39,377 nucleotides of DNA, from positions 1-39,377 of the forward strand of contig JAGVJP010000079.1 of NCBI GenBank assembly GCA_020051075.1. The letters run 5' to 3'. The notes beneath the pieces are model-generated. The model did no database searches. It had not been told where the DNA came from and was given only the letters and a program-made list of their open reading frames with translations. Both the position numbers and the translations under genes were made by a program. Positions 28,355-39,377 of the stretch are shown in pieces; position 1 is the first letter of the stretch; every line of letters begins with the position of its first letter. The DNA comes from Parachlamydiales bacterium (GTDB taxonomy: Bacteria; Chlamydiota; Chlamydiia; Chlamydiales; Parachlamydiaceae).

Positions 28355-28975
28355 ATGGTCAGAGTGGTAAAAAAACCTGAAGAACGACGTCGTGAAATTG
28401 TGGCTACGAGTCGACAGCTATTTCTTAAGCAAGGTTATGAGACCACGACAATGCAGGATGTGATGACGAAGTTGGGGATCGCCAAAGGAACGACTTATCA
28501 CTACTTCAAATCCAAAGAGATGCTCCTGGAAGCGGTGGTTGAAGATATGGTGTCAGAGTACATGGCAGTGGTGGAAAAGGCTTTGAAAAAGTGCAAAGGC
28601 AACGCTCTAGAAAAAATGCATGTACTGGTATCTGCTGGAAAAGTTGGCCCTGGCCAGCAGGAAACCTTGGATCATCTGCATCGTCCTGAGAACATGGGAA
28701 TGCATGTGCGCCTCTTGGCTTGTACTTTATCCAGATTGGCGCCGCTGTACGCTAGTGTGATTTCTCAAGGTTGTGAGGAAGGACTTTTTCGCACAGATCA
28801 TCCATTAGAATGCGCGGAAATTCTGTTAGCAGGCATTCAGTTTATCACAGATGTCGGTTATTATCCCTGGAGTCAGCAAGATCTAGAGCGCCGCACCCAA
28901 GCCATTCCCACGTTGATGGAAGACCTTTTGCATGCCCCAAAGGGCTCTTTGAGTCTTTTGTTTGAACAAAATTAA
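28355..28975 (+). CDS. TetR/AcrR family transcriptional regulator
   Basis: LFLKQGYETTTMQDVMTKLGIAKGTTYHYFKSKE HTH. Confidence 0.95.
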   Translation: MVRVVKKPEERRREIVATSRQLFLKQGYETTTMQDVMTKLGIAKGTTYHYFKSKEMLLEAVVEDMVSEYMAVVEKALKKCKGNALEKMHVLVSAGKVGPGQQETLDHLHRPENMGMHVRLLACTLSRLAPLYASVISQGCEEGLFRTDHPLECAEILLAGIQFITDVGYYPWSQQDLERRTQAIPTLMEDLLHAPKGSLSLLFEQN

Positions 28976-29004
28976 CGTAAATATATTTAACAAAAAGGCT
29001 TATC

Positions 29005-29829
29005 ATGCCTCCTACTTATCTCTATCATCCCGTGGTGTTTTTTCTGATGACGCTTTTAATAGCGTTTGCTCTTGGTCCGGTTGCATCCTATTTGAGCCAT
29101 AAAAAAGGAATGGAGCGATTTCAGTTCCCCCTTCTCCTTTTTGCTCTGTGTGTGCCCTGTATGACTTCTGTCGCTATGATCTATGCTTCACAAAACGAAG
29201 GTCTCATTCAGGACTTTTGGATGAGGTTGATGGATTTCAAAATTAGCTTCACCTATCTTATGGTGATTCTGTTCCTCATGCCGTGCGTCCTTTTCTTGGC
29301 TACAGGGGTGTCACTGTTGTTTGGTTATTCCCGCGATCAGTTTTCACTCGCCAATGATTTCAGCGTCATGAAAGGGTGGGCTGTTCTTGGCATTGTCATG
29401 CCGTTGGTTTTGGCCCCGATCATCGAAGAAATAGGCTGGCGAGGATATGGGGTGGACAGCCTAAGAGCCTTTTTTAATTTATTTACAACGTCAGTGATAT
29501 TCGGCATTCTTTGGGCAGTGTGGCATCTCCCTGCATTCTTCATTAAAGGCTATTATCATAATCAACTTTGGCATCTTGGGATCGTCTACGTTGTTAACTT
29601 CTTTGTTAGTGTGTTCGTACTCGCGATTTTAATGAACTGGGTCTATTACAAGACTGGCCGCAGCATTCCTGCTGTCATTCTATTTCATTCGGTGCTCAAT
29701 CTTTTTTCTATGGCATTCAAAACAGAACCCTTTACAAAGTGTATTGTGACGGTCCTTCTTTTTATCGTTTCGATCTTCGTCATTGTGTATGACAGGGTAT
29801 TTTTCTTTAGCGACAGCTTGATTAACTAG
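29005..29829 (+). CDS. CPBP (CAAX/Abi) intramembrane metalloprotease
   Basis: EEIGWRGY, WAVWHLP and LFHSVLN motifs. Confidence 0.92.
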   Translation: MPPTYLYHPVVFFLMTLLIAFALGPVASYLSHKKGMERFQFPLLLFALCVPCMTSVAMIYASQNEGLIQDFWMRLMDFKISFTYLMVILFLMPCVLFLATGVSLLFGYSRDQFSLANDFSVMKGWAVLGIVMPLVLAPIIEEIGWRGYGVDSLRAFFNLFTTSVIFGILWAVWHLPAFFIKGYYHNQLWHLGIVYVVNFFVSVFVLAILMNWVYYKTGRSIPAVILFHSVLNLFSMAFKTEPFTKCIVTVLLFIVSIFVIVYDRVFFFSDSLIN

Positions 29830-29849
29830 CAAATTAGAGGAGAGTCTCG

Positions 29850-30977
29850 ATGAAGACCTTGAAACAACAACTAAACAGTGAACTCGATCGCTTCCGGATC
29901 CAGTACGGCTTTCCGGGTGTGACAGCATCATACGTATTGTTAGATGGGACCATAGGCGAGGGTGTTAGCGGACTTGCCGACCTTGAAACTGAAGAACCCA
30001 TGACCGCCAAGTCTCGGATGCTTGCTGCCAGCATTGGAAAAACCTTTGTTGCTGCAACCATTGTCTATCTGGCCAAAGAGGGGCGTTTGAATTTAGATGA
30101 CCCACTTGCGAAGTGGCTGGGTGACTGCATCTGGTATTCTCGATTGCCCAATTGCAAGACAATCACTCTTCGACATCTGTTGATACATAGTTCAGGAGTG
30201 CCTGATCATCTCTATACAACGCAGTTTCTACAATCGTCTCCTCACAAGTGGATGAACGTCGACAGTCTTTTCTCGCATGAATCACTCATCCAGTGCATTT
30301 TGGATCAGCCGCCTCTTTTCGAGGCAGGAAAGGGGTGGGCATACACGGATACTGGATACATTCTTTTAGGGTTGGTTATTGAGGCGGTTACGAAAAACAG
30401 CTACTACGAAGAATTAAACCGTTGTTTTTTGAAGCCGCTTAACCTGGATATGACGAGTCCATCGGACCAACAGATGCTTCCTGGTTTAGTCGCAGGCTAC
30501 ACCACTCAAGACAATGTGTTCGGCTTGCCTAGAAAAACGATCGATGAATTGGGAAAAATGGTCTGGAACCCTGCTGTAGAATGGACGGGAGGAGGATTGA
30601 TCTGCACTTCTCGAGATTTGGCTGTATGGGCCAAGCTCCTGTATGAAGGTCATGCCATGCAGGTTGAATATTTGACCGATCTGTTTCAGTCCTTTCCTAT
30701 AGGCGATGAGGAGTCCGGAGCGCGGTACGGTGCAGGCGTTTTCATTCAGCAAAAAGACGGGCCTCTAGGGGAAAGTTGGGGCCATGGCGGCGTTATTCCA
30801 GGATATAGCTCTAGCATGCGTTATTATCCGAGATATGGCGTTGCTGTTGCCTTCCAGATTAACACCGATAGCGGCGTCACAGACCATAGCTTGGATGTCA
30901 GCTGCATGGAATCCAGTCTGGCGGAAATCGTCATTAGATCTGTGGGTGGAGACCAGTCCTCTCATATCAAAAAGTAA
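29850..30977 (+). CDS. Serine hydrolase, beta-lactamase/D-Ala-D-Ala carboxypeptidase-like
   Basis: SxxK (SIGK), LLIHSSG, YTD in place of YxN, and GHGG. Confidence 0.9.
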   Translation: MKTLKQQLNSELDRFRIQYGFPGVTASYVLLDGTIGEGVSGLADLETEEPMTAKSRMLAASIGKTFVAATIVYLAKEGRLNLDDPLAKWLGDCIWYSRLPNCKTITLRHLLIHSSGVPDHLYTTQFLQSSPHKWMNVDSLFSHESLIQCILDQPPLFEAGKGWAYTDTGYILLGLVIEAVTKNSYYEELNRCFLKPLNLDMTSPSDQQMLPGLVAGYTTQDNVFGLPRKTIDELGKMVWNPAVEWTGGGLICTSRDLAVWAKLLYEGHAMQVEYLTDLFQSFPIGDEESGARYGAGVFIQQKDGPLGESWGHGGVIPGYSSSMRYYPRYGVAVAFQINTDSGVTDHSLDVSCMESSLAEIVIRSVGGDQSSHIKK

Positions 30978-31009
30978 CACTGCCCAGAGCCATGTCACCT
31001 ATTTCCCTT

Positions 31010-31080
31010 CCATCCTTCCTATCATTCCCATCTTGTCAATTTCACAGGATAGGGAGGATAGAAATGATAGCTCAGGATAG
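31010..31080. repeat. Degenerate CAGGAT-family hairpin
   Basis: ATCCTTCCTATC...GATAGGGAGGAT; shares GGATAGAAATGATAG with 7741. Confidence 0.55.
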
Positions 31081-31163
31081 TGTGTTACTCAGGATTTTTT
31101 TAGTGTGTATTGTGTAAAAACCTCTTGATCAGGCATAAAAGATTCATAACGAAGGAAAAAGCT

Positions 31164-35273
<4,110 letters not shown>

Positions 35274-35286
35274 TTAGAATAAATAT

Positions 35287-36564
35287 TTAATGTTCGTGGT
35301 GCGCTCCAGATTTTTCTAAATCTGCTTTAAGGATGAAGCTGTTGTCAGAGACATACCGATCACCTGATTTGAGCCCTGATTTAATTTCCACCCAGCCTTT
35401 ATTTTTTCTTCCTAACCTTATAGGTGCGACTTCAAATAGGCTGCCAACGGATATAAAAACAGCATCCTCGTCTTTAAAGGTCTGTAAGGCTGAATCTTTA
35501 ACTGCTACATGAACTGCAACATTTTCAATAGTAATTTCTCCCGAGATAAATAACCCAGGCTTCCAAACTCCATTAGGGTTCGATAAAACCGCTCGTGCAA
35601 CAACACTTTGAGTGTTTTCCTGGCCCAGAGGCGAGATGTAGGAAATGGTTGACTGTTGCTTTAAACGTCCATCTAGACTTGCAATATCAATGGGATCTCC
35701 CACATCAATTCGAGATAAATCCTGGCGATAGACGTTAAAGTCTGCCCAGACTGAGCTGAGATCGGAAATGATAAATATATTCTCTTGTCCAGATAGGTAC
35801 ATACCGAGGTTGATGTTTTTTTTAATGATCATTCCGTCAATTTCTGATTTGACTGCATAATTTTGGAGGCTTTCATTACTTTCGACCATGGCCAGAATTT
35901 CACCTTTGTGCACATAATCACCAAGTTTTTTATTAACAGCTTTGACCATTCCAGGAAACCTTGGGCTTATATATACGGTAAGCTCTTCATCGGGAATAAT
36001 TTTACCCATGACGTCCAGCTTGATTTCAAAATTTTTCGGTCCAGCCACTTCAATGGTCATCTTATTGGCTTTAAGCGTTTCTGGAGTAAGCTCAACACGC
36101 CCTTCATAAGATTCATACTCCCATTCATAAGTATGATCTTTGTATGTTGCTATTATTTTAACTTTAAAGGAATGGGGTTCAGAAGCTTCCATCGTGCTTT
36201 CTAGATAATCTCTTTCTATTTTAAATGGAATTTTTTCTGTTCGATTGATTCGTTCCAATTCCATTTCATATACAACCTCAGAAGGTTTAATCGGACTTTC
36301 ATTTGCATAAAAATAAATCCTAAATCTGGGGGGCGTTCCTTCTGGTTCAAATATGGTCATTTCAACTTGAAAATTTTCTTTCTCTAAAAGTCTTCCGCCA
36401 TGTGGTCCTTTTTTAAGGACCTCTGTATCGTTATGATTCGTTGCTGATGGACGAGATTTAGGATGTTCATTCAATAAGATTGGTTTTAAATAAATCAATC
36501 CGAGAAAGGTCAATATGACAAAAATTAGTAAGATGAGTAGATTTATCCAGTGTTGTTTTTTCAT
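35287..36564 (-). CDS. czcB: RND periplasmic adaptor subunit
   Basis: GPHGGRLL domain, lipoyl-like motifs and His-rich C-terminus AHHEH. Confidence 0.88.
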   Translation of the reverse strand: MKKQHWINLLILLIFVILTFLGLIYLKPILLNEHPKSRPSATNHNDTEVLKKGPHGGRLLEKENFQVEMTIFEPEGTPPRFRIYFYANESPIKPSEVVYEMELERINRTEKIPFKIERDYLESTMEASEPHSFKVKIIATYKDHTYEWEYESYEGRVELTPETLKANKMTIEVAGPKNFEIKLDVMGKIIPDEELTVYISPRFPGMVKAVNKKLGDYVHKGEILAMVESNESLQNYAVKSEIDGMIIKKNINLGMYLSGQENIFIISDLSSVWADFNVYRQDLSRIDVGDPIDIASLDGRLKQQSTISYISPLGQENTQSVVARAVLSNPNGVWKPGLFISGEITIENVAVHVAVKDSALQTFKDEDAVFISVGSLFEVAPIRLGRKNKGWVEIKSGLKSGDRYVSDNSFILKADLEKSGAHHEH

Positions 36565-36567
36565 ATT

Positions 36568-37815
36568 TCAATCACATTGTATGTTGATAATTGCTTGCGA
36601 TCCGGTTAATCCTTCAAGTTGTGCTAACGCTTTGTGGTATTCGCCTAAAGCTTGTAAATAACGGATTTTAGATGTTCGATAAGACCTTTCTGTTTCCAGT
36701 AACTCTAAATAGTTATATCGGGCGAGTTCATAGCCTTTGTAGCTAAAATCATATGCTCTTTGAGCTGCAGGAAGAACGACATTCTTTAGTAGATTTAGCT
36801 CTGAAAACACAGTTTGAAGGGTTGAATATGAGTTATTAAGCTCTGTGAGCAGCACTGTCCAGATGAGTTCTCTTTCTTTTTCTAACTTTTCTAAATTTTC
36901 ATAAGATTCCCAGATTCTTCCCTGATTGCGATCGTTAATGGGAAGTGGAACAGACACGCCAACTACCCACACCCATTTATGAGCTTCTTCAAGATAACGA
37001 GGACCTCCTATTAAGTTCAAATCTGGATAGGCTTTACTTCTTTCAACAGCCACCCTCGCTGTTCGCAGACTATCTTCATACTGAGAGCGGACAATTTGAG
37101 GATGCTTTTGAATTAACGTTCCCATCTCCTCAAGAGGAATCACTTTAGGAATCCACTCTAAATTACCTACCACGCCATATTCATCATTCTTAGTTTCATT
37201 CCATTGTGCTGAGAGTCTATTTCTTGCATTTTTCAATTCATTTTTCGCATTTTTAAGATCGATAATCGCAGTAGTTAATAAAACAGTAAAATTCGATTCT
37301 TCAATAATTGATGCTTTGCCTGCTTTTACACGATTATCAACTATAGAAGAAAACCCTTGAAGAATTTTTAAATTTTCTTCTAAGAAAATAGTTTTTTGCT
37401 GATTGACTAATACTTCTATAAATAACAAAGTTGTATTTACATACAGTTGTCTCTTTCGAACTTCATAATCTAGTGCAACCCTATCCCGTTCAGTTTTGGC
37501 AAATTGAAGACGTGCCTTGCGTTTGCCACCCAGCTCAATCAGCTGGCTTAATAGAAATGTCGTTTGCATGAAAATTGGAGCATTGATGTTTTCAGTTTCT
37601 ACATCAACTGTTGGGTTGGGAAGAAAGCTTCCTTGTAAAATCTTCGCTTCACTCGCACGCATATCATAACTAAAAGAATTAAGTTCGGGGTTATGCAATA
37701 GGGTTAGAGCCAAAGCATCTGCAAGTGTACGAGCAGGTTGGGAGTAGAGTATTTGACAAAGAAATGATGGTAATAGAATCCCCAACAAAACAAATTTACG
37801 CATTTGATCATGCAC
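36568..37815 (-). CDS. czcC: TolC-family outer membrane efflux protein
   Basis: SQLIELGGKRKAR, PLPINDRNQG and YLELL motifs; operon order C-B-A. Confidence 0.88.
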   Translation of the reverse strand: MHDQMRKFVLLGILLPSFLCQILYSQPARTLADALALTLLHNPELNSFSYDMRASEAKILQGSFLPNPTVDVETENINAPIFMQTTFLLSQLIELGGKRKARLQFAKTERDRVALDYEVRKRQLYVNTTLLFIEVLVNQQKTIFLEENLKILQGFSSIVDNRVKAGKASIIEESNFTVLLTTAIIDLKNAKNELKNARNRLSAQWNETKNDEYGVVGNLEWIPKVIPLEEMGTLIQKHPQIVRSQYEDSLRTARVAVERSKAYPDLNLIGGPRYLEEAHKWVWVVGVSVPLPINDRNQGRIWESYENLEKLEKERELIWTVLLTELNNSYSTLQTVFSELNLLKNVVLPAAQRAYDFSYKGYELARYNYLELLETERSYRTSKIRYLQALGEYHKALAQLEGLTGSQAIINIQCD

Positions 37816-37888
37816 CTGAAAGATATAGGAAAAGCCAATCTTTTGTTTTTATAGGCTTTGTCAAAAAAACACAATAGATAACTCAAAC

Positions 37889-39049
37889 GGCTTGTTGCAT
37901 AAATCGCCACAGAGCCAGTGAGATCACTGAGAAGATATGAGATGGCGCAAAGAGGAGAGACGTGAATAGTTACGTATTTATCACGATTGCGGTGATCTGA
38001 CTGAATAGTTCATTCTAAAGACTTTAAGAAGAGCACTTATTTCATTTAGGCCTATCCTTGGGTGTGAAATGAGGAGGTAAGAGGGGACATTGTTGGGATA
38101 ATATCTTTGCCAATATTCTTTGCGTTTTTTAAATTTGAATATTAAACTGATCAATTTATAAGTACCTTTCACAAGTTTGGAGGAGTAACCGAAGCCTTTT
38201 ACATCCTCTAAAAAATCAACAGGTGCCATTCCTTTTGTTAAAAAGCGGCAATTTTCCTTTTGAAGCATTGTTAAAAGGGAAATCATCAAAAATTCTGAAG
38301 TTTCGGAAAAAGCGCTTGGTAAAGTGATAAAAAACTTAAGCAGCCATCCTCCTTGAGCTTCAAGTTGGCTTAACATGGCCATTGAAGTTATTTGCTCACC
38401 ATCTTTGACATAAAACCAACGTTTACCGAGCGAGCTTTCAAAAAAATTAAGATGTCCTAAAAATAAATTAGGTCCTTTTATCGCGTTTCTCCATTTAACC
38501 CCGATTTCCATTAGGGAATTTTCAATGTCTTGATTAAATGGAATATATTCATGAAAAGTTAAACCATGTTTGATGGCTTTATTCATTCTATGGTGCAATC
38601 TATGACTTTTGAAAATTGGATTAACTTGAGGATCAATAATCAATTCTTCACATACTTTAATTTGAATTGGACAATATTCCTGGACTAATTTTGCAAATTT
38701 TTCAGATACAGTAATATAAATGATATTTAAATGGGATTCATCGCAATAATTATGAAAAGCTCGCGTAAGGTCATTGAGTTCATGAGCTGGACAGATAGGG
38801 TCTCCAAAGATGAGTGCACATTGATTCATAACGCGATAGGCGATAATGCCAATGGAGTTTTGCAGGTGGAAAAAATGACAGGGGTAATCAAACATTGCTT
38901 CAGAAGCTGCTGAACCATAGTGAATCAGTAACTCCCTTTCTCTTTGATTTGCTTCTCTCATAGTTTTGGCCTCATCTATTTTGATCCCTAACATAAATGA
39001 GGATTTGAAGCACTTTTAATCACTCCATGGTGATTTATGCAACAATCCC
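37889..39049. mobile_element. Putative non-autonomous cassette bounded by IS903-like inverted repeats
   Basis: 37889-37914 GGCTTGTTGCATAAATCGCCACAGAG and 39023-39049 (reverse complement GGGATTGTTGCATAAATCACCATGGAG) face inward around one passenger gene. Confidence 0.6.
37981..38994 (-). CDS. Stand-alone MprF C-terminal-like (DUF2156) aminoacyltransferase domain protein
   Basis: IAYRV...LIFGDPIC, GLTFHEY and TKGMAP patterns; lacks the flippase domain. Confidence 0.75.
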   Translation of the reverse strand: MLGIKIDEAKTMREANQRERELLIHYGSAASEAMFDYPCHFFHLQNSIGIIAYRVMNQCALIFGDPICPAHELNDLTRAFHNYCDESHLNIIYITVSEKFAKLVQEYCPIQIKVCEELIIDPQVNPIFKSHRLHHRMNKAIKHGLTFHEYIPFNQDIENSLMEIGVKWRNAIKGPNLFLGHLNFFESSLGKRWFYVKDGEQITSMAMLSQLEAQGGWLLKFFITLPSAFSETSEFLMISLLTMLQKENCRFLTKGMAPVDFLEDVKGFGYSSKLVKGTYKLISLIFKFKKRKEYWQRYYPNNVPSYLLISHPRIGLNEISALLKVFRMNYSVRSPQS

Positions 39050-39064
39050 TTTTCGAAGACAAAA

Positions 39065-39245
39065 TTGATTGAACAGTGCAGGAATTTTCAGCGACAGAAA
39101 GAAATCGATGGGCAGGACTTTTTCAAACATCGTACCAAATCCGATTTAGATCAGAGAAAGCAAGATCTTTTCGAAGCCAGGGTCGCATTTCTAGAAAACT
39201 TTTATCAATTTTGCAACGAATCGGATCCACAGACTGTTTGGGCTG
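39065..39245 (+). pseudogene. Possible C-terminal remnant of a PTP-like (phytase/inositol phosphatase) gene
   Basis: Reads FQRQKEIDGQDF...EARVAFLENFYQFC...W, resembling the RQ..IGG.DL...R..FL..FY.YC end of PTP-like phytases. It begins right after the IS-like IR. Confidence 0.4.
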
Positions 39246-39302
39246 CGATAAGAACGCTGAACTTACCCAGGGCGTTGCCCTTACCATTACCCATTTTTTC
39301 AG

Positions 39303-39340
39303 CGCGAAGCGTTTGGAGTGCGAAAGTCCTCTTTCGCTTT
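39303..39340 (+). repeat. REP-like hairpin element, copy 4
   Basis: CGCGAAGCGTTTGGAGTGCGAAAGTCCTCTTTCGCTTT, with compensatory stem changes. Confidence 0.8.
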
Positions 39341-39377
39341 ATTCTAGATCAATTTTTGGGACATTCGTGTCTTTTGA

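Noticed and set aside
12142..31139. CRISPR array or classical integron
   Set aside because: No regularly spaced identical repeats with spacers, no cas or intI gene, and no attC-type RYYYAAC/GTTRRRY boxes recognised.

Overview
Bacterial chromosomal window, most likely from an environmental chlamydia (Parachlamydiales-like). This is inferred from the ttcA/surE/YitT neighbourhood, a DUF2608 protein and eukaryote-like candidate effectors. Bases 1-12141 are mostly core genome: PP2C-like phosphatase, LOG, queG, YitT, tRNA-Asp/Val, a MORN-like repeat protein, surE, a MoxR-type AAA ATPase with its partner, ttcA, SEC-C and tRNA-Thr/Tyr. From tRNA-Tyr to the window end is an accessory accretion hotspot with no integrase or transposase visible. 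The 3' half of tRNA-Tyr, starting at the anticodon loop, recurs at 13692 and 16413 with shared flanking arms, and in degenerate form at 26956. A modular non-coding backbone (CAGGAT repeats, REP-like hairpins, an IS-end-like motif and a 46-bp promoter-like motif) recurs colinearly with different small genes slotted into it. Cargo includes a broken DUF3800 gene with an intact convergent ~60-nt small RNA (own promoter and terminator), two TA-like pairs, HNH, GT25, GNAT, SDR, an RNHCP gene with a uORF-containing structured leader, CatA, a TetR-CAAX-serine hydrolase operon, a GrpB-GNAT fusion, czcCBA, and an MprF-like gene bracketed by IS903-like inverted repeats. All family calls come from motif recognition by eye; no database searches were run.
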